Positions 26,117-35,745 of a stretch of DNA of 64,000 nt are shown one piece after another (position 1 is the stretch's first letter; each line of letters starts with the position of its first letter). Source of the DNA: a virus. The translations under genes were made by a program, and so were the position numbers. Under the pieces are notes generated by a model. That model saw only the letters and a list, made by a program, of their open reading frames with translations, was not told the origin of the DNA and ran no database searches. The stretch covers positions 1 to 64,000 of IMG/VR virus record IMGVR_UViG_3300018894_000001; one strand, 5' to 3'.

Positions 26117-26147
26117 CGAGGTTCTGGCGCCGGCTCACCACCGGAGC

Positions 26148-26921
26148 ATGATGCGAACGCAGGACACCCAGGAGGGACACGTGACGCCTTTCTTCGAATC
26201 GCCGCAGCAGGTGGACGGCAAGCCGCAGGTCGTCATCTACAACGCCCGCTGGGAGGACGTGTGGCCCACGCTCGGGCTCCAGCCCAAGGACGTGGACCTG
26301 TGCTGGGCGGACCCGCCGTATGGGGTGAAGGAACGAACGAAGCGAAACAGCGCGGGGCGCGGAATCGGAGAAAAGCGGATTCATGCCAGCAGGCGGGCCC
26401 GGGACTGGAGTGAGTTGGTTGGAGATGATCGAAAATTTGACCCCATGCCGCTGTTGGAATTTCCGCGCTTGGTCACATGGGGTGCGAACCACTACGCGCG
26501 ACAACTCCCGTTGTCCTCGTCATGGTGGTGGGACAAAAGAGAGGGGACGACGCCTGACGACAACGCAGACGGCGAGCTGGCGTGGACGAACCTGGGAGGG
26601 CCCGCGCGCCAGTTTTCGCACCTCTGGAGGGGGCTGTGTCAGGCATCGGAGAAGATGGGTGGCGGTGAACGTATCCACCCCACTCAGAAACCCGTTGCCC
26701 TGTGCGAGTGGGGCTTCCAACGCGCGGGGCTCAAACCCGGCCAGCTCGTCTTCGCTCCGTACTTGGGCAGCGGTCCCGAGGTGCGGGCCGCGATCAACAT
26801 GGGTCTGCGCATCATCGGCTGCGAGGTGGACGCGGACTACTGCCGGACGGTGGTGGCCCACCGCGTCGCGCTCGCGGCGCCCCGCAGGGGGCAGGAGGGT
26901 CAGGTGCTGCTACCGCTCTGA
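26148..26921 (+). CDS. DNA methyltransferase (N6_N4_Mtase-like, DPPY type)
   Basis: WADPPYG, IHPTQKPVAL and FAPYLGSG motifs. Confidence 0.8.
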   Translation: MMRTQDTQEGHVTPFFESPQQVDGKPQVVIYNARWEDVWPTLGLQPKDVDLCWADPPYGVKERTKRNSAGRGIGEKRIHASRRARDWSELVGDDRKFDPMPLLEFPRLVTWGANHYARQLPLSSSWWWDKREGTTPDDNADGELAWTNLGGPARQFSHLWRGLCQASEKMGGGERIHPTQKPVALCEWGFQRAGLKPGQLVFAPYLGSGPEVRAAINMGLRIIGCEVDADYCRTVVAHRVALAAPRRGQEGQVLLPL

Positions 26922-26959
26922 CGCGCCATAGCGCCCGCCTGCCGCCACCGCAACTCAAA

Positions 26960-27001
26960 GCGCGCGACCTGTTGACACCTCGACACGAGGGGCGCTATGT
27001 C
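26960..27001 (+). promoter_or_regulatory. Sigma-70-like promoter with extended upstream motif (rightward)
   Basis: GCGCGCGACCTGTTGACA, then 17-18 nt, then TATGTC. A degenerate tandem copy of the ~40-bp unit follows at 27032-27070. Confidence 0.5.
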
Positions 27002-27260
27002 TCTGGGCGTGGACGGCGCACCCGGCCACCCCTCAAAGCGTGCGACTTGTTGGTCGCATGCGCACGAGGGAGTAGCGCGAAGTCGCGAAGTATGCTGTAA
27101 CATTCTTGCCCCGCTGCTTGCGGGGTTGTACGAATGGAAACACCGGGGCTGAGCTGGTTGTCTTGGCGGACCCAGCCCAACCCCGGGCACCACCCCGCAC
27201 GCTGCCAGGCGCGCGGGAACACAGCTGGCATCCCCCCGAGTCAGTGAGGCAACACCAGAC

Positions 27261-28013
27261 ATGAAAATCATAAACCGCGCTTCGTTTCTCGCATTCTTTT
27301 CGCTCGTTTTCGCAGCATGCGGTGACGGGCAGCAGACAGAGCAGACGGGCAGTCACACCTACGCGGACGGACCGGATGCGTCCGCCATCAACTGCAGCAC
27401 GTATCCGCTTCCCGCGGGCTGCTACGACGAGAACGAGGATGGGCCGAGGGAGGTCTACATGCCGGTCAACGGCAGCGGTCTCACTCCCGCACAGGTCCAG
27501 CTGCGGCTCAAGGCCGATGGCTACAGCGGGCAGGGCTTCAGCCAGGAGTCGCTGTCCGGCAGCCGTCGCCGGTGGACGTACTGGGCCAAGCCCTGCGCGG
27601 ACGGGTTTCGCTGGTGCCTCTCAAATACGGGCAGCGGCACGCCCTACTCGGTCACCTTCCAAAATGAGGTGATGTCGAGCGCGGACGTGTGGCAGCGACT
27701 CAGTATCAAGTTCTGGAACGCCTCTGGCAGGTGGTGTCGGCTCTCGCTCTCCTACGCCTACGAAGGCGAGACATCCACCAGCAACCTCTTTGATGGCACC
27801 ATCCCCTACGTCCCGCCTGCCGAATACGACAAGTACGCAACGGCCGGTAGGTGGATCTGGCCCGGAACGACCGTGGCGATGAAGGCATTCTGCAACGCGC
27901 CAGGGGCCCCTACCGTCCAGTACGCAGAGAAGTACTGGACGGTGACAATGACCGGCCCGATCACCTGGAATCTTACGTCAATCGTCTCAGGTTCAACCGC
28001 AACCCTCGAATAG
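27261..28013 (+). CDS. Predicted lipoprotein (accessory 'moron' gene)
   Basis: Signal peptide MKIINRASFLAFFSLVFAAC with a lipobox-like FAAC. Lower GC, its own promoter, and convergent to the tail fibre gene. Confidence 0.65.
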   Translation: MKIINRASFLAFFSLVFAACGDGQQTEQTGSHTYADGPDASAINCSTYPLPAGCYDENEDGPREVYMPVNGSGLTPAQVQLRLKADGYSGQGFSQESLSGSRRRWTYWAKPCADGFRWCLSNTGSGTPYSVTFQNEVMSSADVWQRLSIKFWNASGRWCRLSLSYAYEGETSTSNLFDGTIPYVPPAEYDKYATAGRWIWPGTTVAMKAFCNAPGAPTVQYAEKYWTVTMTGPITWNLTSIVSGSTATLE

Positions 28014-28021
28014 TCGCACCA

Positions 28022-28050
28022 CGTCCGGAGGCGGGGTTCGCCTCCGGACG
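28022..28050. terminator. Bidirectional hairpin between convergent genes
   Basis: CGTCCGGAGGCG-gggtt-CGCCTCCGGACG, a perfect 12-bp stem. Confidence 0.55.
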
Positions 28051-28054
28051 TGCC

Positions 28055-29038
28055 TCACGTCGCGGTTCGCCACCGAGTCCCGCCCAGATGAACAAGGACT
28101 GCTTCTGAGGTCGGGTTGATGCCTCGAACGCTGATGTTCCCACTCGCAAAAACCACCATCAGGGCCACGTAGAAGCTCGTTCCTTCTTGAATCACGACCG
28201 GGAATGACTGGTTGTAAAGGGCCAAGTAGATGTTTGTCGGTCCCGATACTGGCAGTTGGCTCACTTGGTACAGCGCTGTTGGAGAGGCACTGGTCAGCGA
28301 GCCGGCGGCAAGGCTCACTGTTCCAAGCAGTCCTGCATACCCAGTGATATCCCTATACAGCCAGCTGTCGGTTCCAAGGTTGGATGCAAAGATTCCGCTC
28401 CAGCCCATGAGCAACTCGGCATAGCGGACCGTGTTGCTCATGGTCGCCACGTTGTCCGCCGTGAACCCGAGCACCTGCCCCTTGGTTCCGGAGCCTGGGA
28501 TGAACACACCGGTGGTGAATGCTCCATCGGCAAACGGGGTGGTGTTGGGCGCCGTGTACGTCTTCACGGTGAGCCCTGAAGAACTCAACTGGAACCAGAG
28601 CGACGCCACGTTGGGCGTATCGGCAACCCAGCCGCTCCCGTCCCAGGCCGCGTTGATGGTGATGATGACGCTGTTGGTTGAGGTGGTGATGAAGCGGCAG
28701 GCCATGCCACTCGTGAGCGTCAGCTTCATGCCCAGCGAGCGCGCGGCCGTCGCGAGCTTGTAGAAGAACCCGGGAGCGGCTTCGGTCCCCTGGAAATCCG
28801 CCGTAATACTGCTGTTCGCTGCGAAGCCGCCGACGAACGTCTGGATGGCCGTCCACGAGCTGGCGAGGTTGAGGAACCCCGCCTTCTTCCGGATGCGCTG
28901 AAGCTGGTCGATGAGCGGCTGGAAGGTGGTGTTGAACGTGGACGCGTTGCCCGGGTCGTTGTCAACGGGGATGGGCAGAATGAGGTCGCTTCGGTCGTCG
29001 TTCACGCCTACTTCTGTTCCGGGATAGTTGGTGGGCAC
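28055..29038 (-). CDS. Tail fibre / receptor-binding protein
   Basis: N-terminal PVDNDPGNASTFNTTFQPLIDQLQRIRKK and ...WTAIQTF resemble conserved tail-fibre N-termini. S/T/G/N-rich, lower GC, and distal to the baseplate genes. Confidence 0.6.
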   Translation of the reverse strand: MPTNYPGTEVGVNDDRSDLILPIPVDNDPGNASTFNTTFQPLIDQLQRIRKKAGFLNLASSWTAIQTFVGGFAANSSITADFQGTEAAPGFFYKLATAARSLGMKLTLTSGMACRFITTSTNSVIITINAAWDGSGWVADTPNVASLWFQLSSSGLTVKTYTAPNTTPFADGAFTTGVFIPGSGTKGQVLGFTADNVATMSNTVRYAELLMGWSGIFASNLGTDSWLYRDITGYAGLLGTVSLAAGSLTSASPTALYQVSQLPVSGPTNIYLALYNQSFPVVIQEGTSFYVALMVVFASGNISVRGINPTSEAVLVHLGGTRWRTAT

Positions 29039-29623
29039 TCAGGACTCCTTGTTGGGCGCGGCGTGGGCGGCACGGACGGCGGAGGAAAGCGCGGTGGCCT
29101 GCTCGGTGGAGAGGCCCATGGCCTTGGCCTCCACGTACACCGCACGCGCACCGTTCGCGTACGCGTTGGCCTCTCGTTCGTCAGCGTCTTCGGCCATGTG
29201 CTTCCGAAGCATGGACATTTCGTGCTCCCGGGCGGCCTCTCCGGATAGGGCGAGGGCAACGGCGTGGCCCGCCATGTCCGCGAAGGCGCGGCCCTTGTCG
29301 CCCAGCGCCTCGCCCGTACGGACGCGCTCCAGCAGCGCGTAGAACTCGGCCTGATGCTCCATCAACATGCCGCGAGGCCACGCAGCGCCTGCCTTGTCTG
29401 CGGTGCGCTCGCTGGGCGTTTCGAGGATGACGGCCCGCAGGCGCTCCAACTCTGCGCCCACGCGCCGCTCGACGCGCGTCAGCAACTCCGCCGGGTTGAA
29501 TGCCGGGAGGGGGCGGGCCGCTCGGAGCTTCGACACCTCGGACGACAAGGCGTCGCACCGCTCGTGCATCACGTGCAGGGCTTCGTTCAGCTTCCGTACC
29601 TCGTTCGGGTCAGACTGGCTCAT
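29039..29623 (-). CDS. Hypothetical protein (helical)
   Basis: Abuts the fibre gene start; ATGA overlap upstream. Confidence 0.5.
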   Translation of the reverse strand: MSQSDPNEVRKLNEALHVMHERCDALSSEVSKLRAARPLPAFNPAELLTRVERRVGAELERLRAVILETPSERTADKAGAAWPRGMLMEHQAEFYALLERVRTGEALGDKGRAFADMAGHAVALALSGEAAREHEMSMLRKHMAEDADEREANAYANGARAVYVEAKAMGLSTEQATALSSAVRAAHAAPNKES

Positions 29624-29835
29624 CGCTTTGACTCCTGGTTGGACTGCGAGGTGAGGGGGCAATCTCCGCGCGCCGCGAGCTTGGCGGCGTACACCGCGAA
29701 GACATCGGGACGGTGCGCGCGGATCAGCTCTTCTAGCATGGCGCGGGACTCGCGCAGCATGCGCCCCGCGCGGCAGAGGCTGACGAAGAAGAAGACGGCG
29801 GTCAGCCAGCCGAGCGCGGCCATCAGGGCGAACAT
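29620..29835 (-). CDS. Small single-TM protein
   Basis: MFALMAALGWLTAVFFFVSLC helix. Confidence 0.45.
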   Translation of the reverse strand: MFALMAALGWLTAVFFFVSLCRAGRMLRESRAMLEELIRAHRPDVFAVYAAKLAARGDCPLTSQSNQESKR

Positions 29836-30065
29836 TGCAACTCCGGCTGGCTGTGGCCCGGTAGTGGCGTGCGCGGCGCTGGAGGGCACCGCGAGTCTTG
29901 GCCGGGCTCGCCGCAGGGCGGCCAGTATGCGGGCTCCTCGGCGCGGGCGGCGGGGCACTCGGAGAAGAGGACGGCAGCCAGGGCGAGAAAGCCGAGCCAC
30001 TGGAGCATCTTCACGAGGTCAATGAGGATGCCGAGCCGAAGCTGGCGGCTGGTGTAGTCGTTCAT
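29823..30065 (-). CDS. Small single-TM protein
   Basis: LQWLGFLALAAVLF helix. Confidence 0.45.
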   Translation of the reverse strand: MNDYTSRQLRLGILIDLVKMLQWLGFLALAAVLFSECPAARAEEPAYWPPCGEPGQDSRCPPAPRTPLPGHSQPELQCSP

Positions 30066-30277
30066 CGGGGAAGCTCCTTCGGGACGGGGCATCCGTGCTG
30101 GGCGGACTGCTCGGTGCTGGCTGCAGGTAGGAGCAACGAGAGGATGAGCGCCAGGACGAAAATGGCGCAGTAGGCCACGCCCAGCCACAGCAGCGAGGGC
30201 ACCTCGCCGCCAAGGACTCGGGGCATGTGCTTCCGGTAGAAGTCGTCCAGTCCTTCAGCGACTCGATTCCACGTCAT
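30062..30277 (-). CDS. Small single-TM protein
   Basis: SLLWLGVAYCAIFVLALILSLLL helix; ATGA overlaps. Confidence 0.5.
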   Translation of the reverse strand: MTWNRVAEGLDDFYRKHMPRVLGGEVPSLLWLGVAYCAIFVLALILSLLLPAASTEQSAQHGCPVPKELPR

Positions 30278-30753
30278 GGCTCACCGTCCTTTTTCAGCGC
30301 CGGCCCAGTAGGCGGCGGGGTTGGTCCAATGCGAGATGCCGGCGCCTCGCAGTCGCCCGCGTGCGGCCACGCGAGCAGGCAGCCGTCGCCGAACACAGAG
30401 CCGGCGCAGGACTCGCGCCACGTCCGGGCACGTCGCCGGCTGCGAGGCACGGGCAGCGAAGGGAAGGCGGAGCGCAACTCGTCCACCGCGGCGCGCTCCT
30501 CCTGGGTGTCCGGGCTGACGTGGTGCCACACCTTGGCGAGCGCAGCGCCGACATAGACCTTCTCCCACTCCAGCCTCAACACCTCCTCCTGGCGCGCGAG
30601 ACGCAGCTCGGAATGGAACTCCACGTCCCGCTTGTGCTCCTCCGCCAGCGCCTGCCACGCCTCGGCGGTGTGCCGCCAGCGGACGGCCATGCCCCAGCAC
30701 CACACCGCGAGGCAGCACGCCGTCAGGGTCACCAGCACGAGGGCCGCCGTCAT
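30274..30753 (-). CDS. N-terminally membrane-anchored protein
   Basis: MTAALVLVTLTACCLAVWCWGMAV anchor. Confidence 0.5.
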   Translation of the reverse strand: MTAALVLVTLTACCLAVWCWGMAVRWRHTAEAWQALAEEHKRDVEFHSELRLARQEEVLRLEWEKVYVGAALAKVWHHVSPDTQEERAAVDELRSAFPSLPVPRSRRRARTWRESCAGSVFGDGCLLAWPHAGDCEAPASRIGPTPPPTGPALKKDGEP

Positions 30754-31061
30754 AGGGACGGCTCCTTGTGAGTCGCGGCGCGGAACAGGGCCACCGCCTT
30801 CTCCATGCACTTCTGCACGTCCGTCAGTTCCATCCACCCCGCCTGGAACGGTCCGCCCGGCCACTCCTCCTCGTGGTGGAAGCCGCCCTCTCCGTAGGGG
30901 AAGACGTCCAGCGGGTCCTTGCCCTCCTCGGCTACCGACAGGCTCCACTCCTCCCAGCGTGCACGGAAGTAGAAGCGCCTTCCGTCCACCTCGCCGAGCC
31001 CCTGCACGGGCGTGGTGCCGCCGAACTCTCCACGCCAACCGTCACCGGAGAGCGTCGTCAC
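30750..31061 (-). CDS. Hypothetical protein
   Basis: GTGA overlap with the upstream stop. Confidence 0.45.
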   Translation of the reverse strand: MTTLSGDGWRGEFGGTTPVQGLGEVDGRRFYFRARWEEWSLSVAEEGKDPLDVFPYGEGGFHHEEEWPGGPFQAGWMELTDVQKCMEKAVALFRAATHKEPSL

Positions 31062-31255
31062 GGCGTCCTCAGCGCGCGCCGCCGGTCCCGCGCGGTGCGC
31101 TTCTGCCCGCGCTTCCAACGGCGCAGGAGTCGTCCGGTATGCAGGTCCCTCCGTTCAACTCGTCCGTCGGTCCAGCGGACAGTCAGTGTCACGTAAGAGT
31201 TGCCGCTACGCTCGAACTCGAACGAGAACGGCGTGGGTGCAGGGGTCAACGGCAT
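31058..31255 (-). CDS. Small basic hypothetical protein
   Basis: Trimmed ORF in the operon. Confidence 0.4.
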   Translation of the reverse strand: MPLTPAPTPFSFEFERSGNSYVTLTVRWTDGRVERRDLHTGRLLRRWKRGQKRTARDRRRALRTP

Positions 31256-31458
31256 GGGGAAGCCTCCATGGGTGAGGTGCGCGCGGACACGGTGAGACGC
31301 CTGGGCGTGCCCGGCCCGTCGGAGGACTCGCGGACCAGCACCGTCGGCCACACCAACACCTCGCGGGACTCGGCAGCCGCGCGGAGTTGGTCCAGGCACG
31401 CCATGGGGTACATGGACGGCGCCTCGTCCAACGGCATGGTGGAGGAGATGTAGCCCAT
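31246..31458 (-). CDS. Small hypothetical protein
   Basis: ORF in the operon. Confidence 0.4.
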   Translation of the reverse strand: MGYISSTMPLDEAPSMYPMACLDQLRAAAESREVLVWPTVLVRESSDGPGTPRRLTVSARTSPMEASPCR

Positions 31459-31460
31459 GG

Positions 31461-32750
31461 CTACTTCACCTCGTCCAGGGCTTGCACGGCTTCATACAGC
31501 CGCGGCCACGCGCCGCGGGCCTCACTGAGCACGTCGTTCACGGCCTGCGCGACAGCCTGAAGCAGAGACACGCCGTGGGTGACGCGCTCCAGCGCCTGCA
31601 TGCCGCCGTGCAGGCACGTACCCTTGGCCCACCACCGCTGCCCGCCGCACTCGTAGAGCGCGCTGAGCGCCTCCTTCACCGTGCGCAGGTCGTCGCGCAT
31701 GCCCGGCTTGGGGGCACCGTCCGTCTTGGGCTCGACGGGCGCAGACCTCGGCTCCAGGTTGCGGATGCGCCGGGCAACGGACTCCGCCGTCGCGACCTGC
31801 TGGTCATAGCACTTGGCGAGCGCCTCGTTGCTGGCGCCCCGAGCGTCGCTGGCCATGGCGCTGGATTCCTTGGCCACGGTGTCGGCGACTTGCGCCGCGC
31901 GCTCCAGGTCCGAGATGGGGCCCGCCTCCGGGCGCACGACGTAGACGGGCTTGGCGGGCTGGGGGGTCAGTGCGGCGACGAAGGCCGCAAGCTGCTCGGG
32001 CGCCGGGCAGGCATCGGGCTTCAGATCCTCGCCGTTCATGAGCGCCTCAAGCATCGGCAGCACCGGACGGATGACGTCCAGCGGCACGGTGATGCCGTAC
32101 CGCTGCCCCGGCGCGTCATCCTGGCGGATGGAGACGGTGGTGCGCCCCGTCTCGGTTTCGGTCACGTGCGCAGCATCCCAACTCCTGGCGGCGGCTTCGC
32201 CCAATGGCACCCCTTGGCGGCGATGACGAGGGCATTTCCAGTCGGGGTTGTAGAGAGAGGCCATGCCGCGTGGCGCTGTGCATCCGGGCTCGGTGCACGT
32301 CGCGTCCGCGCCCAGCGTCTCCTGCTTCAGGCCCGGCTTCGTGCTCGTACTCGGCGCCCCCGGGTTGACGGTGATGTCGGCCTTCGCTCCCGCACCGCTC
32401 ACCCGGACGTTTGGGGACATCGGGTCCTGTCGCAGCGTCGCGATGACGCGCGCCCACGCCTCGGCGCGCATGTGGTCGCCTTGAGAGATGGCGCGGGACA
32501 GGGAGCGATACGCCTGCTTCAGGACATCCTGCTCCGTGGAGGCGCTCTCGCTGACATGGGGTGCCATGCGGTGCCGCTGCACCTCGCGCACAAGAGACAG
32601 GACATCATCCGGGGTGAATGCCTTGGGACCGAGTTGCTCTCGAATCCACAGCATCACTCTCTCCTGGTGCCCGAATTTCGCGCAGTCGAAGAACTCCTGA
32701 ATCGCCTGCCCCAGTTCCTTCAGCCGCTCGTCCGTCAGTTGCTCCGCCAT
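31461..32750 (-). CDS. Hypothetical protein (429 aa)
   Basis: Protein-like composition; lies between the baseplate genes and the small-gene run. Confidence 0.55.
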   Translation of the reverse strand: MAEQLTDERLKELGQAIQEFFDCAKFGHQERVMLWIREQLGPKAFTPDDVLSLVREVQRHRMAPHVSESASTEQDVLKQAYRSLSRAISQGDHMRAEAWARVIATLRQDPMSPNVRVSGAGAKADITVNPGAPSTSTKPGLKQETLGADATCTEPGCTAPRGMASLYNPDWKCPRHRRQGVPLGEAAARSWDAAHVTETETGRTTVSIRQDDAPGQRYGITVPLDVIRPVLPMLEALMNGEDLKPDACPAPEQLAAFVAALTPQPAKPVYVVRPEAGPISDLERAAQVADTVAKESSAMASDARGASNEALAKCYDQQVATAESVARRIRNLEPRSAPVEPKTDGAPKPGMRDDLRTVKEALSALYECGGQRWWAKGTCLHGGMQALERVTHGVSLLQAVAQAVNDVLSEARGAWPRLYEAVQALDEVK

Positions 32751-32888
32751 CGCGTCACCAAGGGCACGGCACCCCCGGCGCCATGACTCGCCGGGAGGCC
32801 GTGCGGCACAGGCCGAAGCCCGCGCGCATGGTGTTGGGTGTCGCCTGGGTCATGGGTCCAGGCCGGTGCGGAGTATGCCACCGCTTCG

Positions 32889-34268
32889 TCAAGGCTGGTA
32901 CTTCAGCACCGTACTTCCGCCCAGCGTCCATGTGCCGTCGCCTAGGGTGGCCAGAGGCCAGCCAAGGGCGCGGCCGGTCGTGACGACGTAGATGCCATCG
33001 AACACGGCAGCCGCGTTGTTCCATTCCTTGGTGAGGGCCCGAATCAGGTTCATTTCCGGGGAGAACTCTCCGGGGACGTTGCCCGGCACATCCGTCACCA
33101 GCCACTGCCAGGAGGCGCCAGCGTAGTGCGTGGAGACGTTGGGCCACGTCACCTCAAGCCCTGACGCGGTGTTGTCGGCCTTGAGGAGTGGCACCGGCAT
33201 GCCGCGCTGCATGGGCACGGTGCGCCACGCAGCCCCCGCCACCTTGTAGCGAAACGTGTACGTGTTTTCGCCCGTTACCACCTCCACCACGACGCTTCCG
33301 GTGAAGGTGGGCGTAGCACCCGACGCAACGGCCATGACTGGCGGCGTGCTGACGAACACCCCCGTGGGGCCTCGCGACACGTCGAATTCCCATTGGTCGT
33401 ACAGGCCGTAGGACTGCGGCGCCCACGTAACTTGAAGCCCAGTAGAGAGTGAGGGGTCGTCCCCGTAGTCCTCAAGCATCTGCGCAGGGGAGGGGAACAT
33501 GTCCAGCTCGTACGCACCTTTGCCGGAGCCGTCCTGGACGCTCCAGTTCCACGTGTACGCTGGTCCGCCCTCAATGACGGTAACGGCCAGAGTCTTGTTC
33601 TCGATGAAAAACGCCACCGGTCCCCCAGTGGCTGAGACGACGGGCGGCGGCGTCGAGCCATTCGTGGTGCGCAGAGGACTGAGTAGCAACTCGCCGTTGG
33701 CTTGGCCGGTGGCGCTGAGAGTCTCTCGCGCTCCCAGGGTGCGCACGGTTGTAGCTGTCCATGCGGGCGGGAGGTTGGGCTGGCTGAAGAGAATGGCGTA
33801 CCGACTCCAGAAGGGTTGGGGCTCCGGCTCGAAGCACCAACTGCCGGCCGGCAGCGTCGTCACCACCAGCTCGCCGGCCGAGTCCAACTTGTAGAGGCGC
33901 TGGCTGCGCACCACCAGCATCGCCTCGGGGTAGCCAGCGGCGCGAAGTGCGCGCAGGGCCCCGCGCGGGGTGCCGCCGTCCGCGTGAATCTCCCAGGCGT
34001 CTGCAAGGCGCGCGGCGTACCCGGCGTCGGGCTCCCCCACCGCTCGCGGCATCAGCCTGTCGCGCCCGAGCGCTTCCAGCGCGCCCGTGGGGGCGTGCGG
34101 CGCGAGCTCGGCGGCCCCGGGGCGAATGGGCATAGACGCGGCCACGCGCTCCTTCAGCAGCGAGGCCAGCGCGTCCTTCACACCATCCGTGGCCCGCGCC
34201 CAGGCGGTACCGTACTCGTCCAGCAGCCATGGGGGTAGCACCGTCAGCGAGTAGTCGCGCATCGGCAT
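32889..34268 (-). CDS. Baseplate/tail protein, P2 gpI / Mu gp48-like N-terminus with a long C-terminal extension
   Basis: N-terminal LTVLPPWLLDEYG...A.LL....A..P pattern and position directly after the J-like gene. Confidence 0.55.
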   Translation of the reverse strand: MPMRDYSLTVLPPWLLDEYGTAWARATDGVKDALASLLKERVAASMPIRPGAAELAPHAPTGALEALGRDRLMPRAVGEPDAGYAARLADAWEIHADGGTPRGALRALRAAGYPEAMLVVRSQRLYKLDSAGELVVTTLPAGSWCFEPEPQPFWSRYAILFSQPNLPPAWTATTVRTLGARETLSATGQANGELLLSPLRTTNGSTPPPVVSATGGPVAFFIENKTLAVTVIEGGPAYTWNWSVQDGSGKGAYELDMFPSPAQMLEDYGDDPSLSTGLQVTWAPQSYGLYDQWEFDVSRGPTGVFVSTPPVMAVASGATPTFTGSVVVEVVTGENTYTFRYKVAGAAWRTVPMQRGMPVPLLKADNTASGLEVTWPNVSTHYAGASWQWLVTDVPGNVPGEFSPEMNLIRALTKEWNNAAAVFDGIYVVTTGRALGWPLATLGDGTWTLGGSTVLKYQP

Positions 34269-34271
34269 GGG

Positions 34272-35741
34272 TTACACCGTCGTCCAGGTGAGGTTGTTGA
34301 CGAGGACTGCCACCTGTCCCTCGGTGAATGTCGGGTCGCTCGCGGGCAGCGTCAGGTCCAGGTCGATCACGCCCGTGGTGCTCGTGCCGAATCCGTCCTG
34401 CGGGCGAATAGCGGCCACCAGGGCTTCCCGGTCGAGAATCCCCGGCTCTCCTCCGGACTTGTCGCCGCCAATGGGTAGGACGGCGAAGAGGGCCGCCAGG
34501 TTGGCCTCGGCGACGGCCTGGGCGGTGGACAGCAGCCCCGCGCGCACCCGCGCGGTACCCGAAATGGTGACAGTCGCCGCCGTGGCAGCCACCGCCACCG
34601 GGACAACCGTGGTGGGCGCCACCTTCTCGAGTGCTGCCTGCACCGTGGCCACCACTGCTGGCGAAACTGGGCCGGATGGCCCCGCCAGGTACACGTTGAC
34701 GGCGCCGGCCAGCGTGGTGGAGGGTTTCGGCTGCGCCCGCGTCACCTCGGGACTCGCGTCCATCGCCCAGAATTCATACCCGCGCGGCGGCCCGCCAGCC
34801 CCCAGCGTGCCCCACCGATTGCGGCACCGGTTGCGCAGCTCGCCCTGCGTCTCTGGGTTGGTGCCCTGGCGCGTCAGCCACGTCCCCGTGCCACCAATGG
34901 CCGGGCTCGTCACCGTCACACCGGGCAGCACCGTGAGGAGCTGCGACACGGCGCCCACCGGCACGTTGTAGGACACGCCCACGTCCTCCGCCGTGAAGAG
35001 CAGCGTCAGCGCCCCCGACTTCGCCAGCGTGCCGCCCGCGCTGTTCCGGTACAGGCGCCCGCCGGTGGAAGCCACCACCAGCTGCCCAGGCTGGATGACG
35101 AAGGGGCCTTGCCCGGCGGAGTCGGTGAGCACCACCAGCCCCTGCGCCTGGATGCCTGCGCGCCAGGGGAGCCGGTACTTGCTGGCCGCGAGCATCCGCA
35201 ACCACGGGCCCGCGGGGCTGTTGTCGGGGAGGCCCGGGTCGGCGAACTCCAGGAAGCCGCCGGACGCCACAGCCACGCCGAGGGCCTCGAAGGCGGAGAG
35301 CGCGTCCGCATCCGCCTCCACGAGCTTCAGCGGCACGGAGCCTGGCTGCCACGAGGTGGTGGGGAACCGGATGGCGGACACGTCCGCGGTGAAGACGTCG
35401 CCCACCGCGAAGCTCGGCTGCGCCGCGTCCTCCGAGTTGGCGAAGACGAGCGTCACCCCGAAGTACGTCGTGCCCAGCACCCCGGACACGGGCACCGTCG
35501 CCGCGGTGCCGTAGTTGGCTCCGCCATTGGTGGACACCTGGACGGCTGCCGTGCCCAGCACTCCGGCCGTTGAGACGCGCACCGCCAGCGCGTAGGACTC
35601 CGTGGGCGTCCCCGCCAGCGTCAGCGTGCCGGCGCCAAGCCCGCGCTGGAGGACGACGCCGCGGCCGTCCAGGGCCGCCAGCGTCTGGTTGCGGAAGTCC
35701 TGCGGTGGGCGCTGGCGTAGCAGTGCGTCGAAGGTGCGCAT
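34272..35741 (-). CDS. Baseplate J-like protein
   Basis: Size, position and composition are consistent with the gpJ / Mu gp47 family. Confidence 0.6.
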   Translation of the reverse strand: MRTFDALLRQRPPQDFRNQTLAALDGRGVVLQRGLGAGTLTLAGTPTESYALAVRVSTAGVLGTAAVQVSTNGGANYGTAATVPVSGVLGTTYFGVTLVFANSEDAAQPSFAVGDVFTADVSAIRFPTTSWQPGSVPLKLVEADADALSAFEALGVAVASGGFLEFADPGLPDNSPAGPWLRMLAASKYRLPWRAGIQAQGLVVLTDSAGQGPFVIQPGQLVVASTGGRLYRNSAGGTLAKSGALTLLFTAEDVGVSYNVPVGAVSQLLTVLPGVTVTSPAIGGTGTWLTRQGTNPETQGELRNRCRNRWGTLGAGGPPRGYEFWAMDASPEVTRAQPKPSTTLAGAVNVYLAGPSGPVSPAVVATVQAALEKVAPTTVVPVAVAATAATVTISGTARVRAGLLSTAQAVAEANLAALFAVLPIGGDKSGGEPGILDREALVAAIRPQDGFGTSTTGVIDLDLTLPASDPTFTEGQVAVLVNNLTWTTV

Positions 35742-35745
35742 CGGG

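Noticed and set aside
28055-28400. Diversity-generating retroelement targeting the fibre C-terminus
   Set aside because: I found no reverse transcriptase-like ORF and no nearby template repeat resembling the 3' end of the fibre gene. This was checked only by eye; a self-alignment would be needed for certainty.
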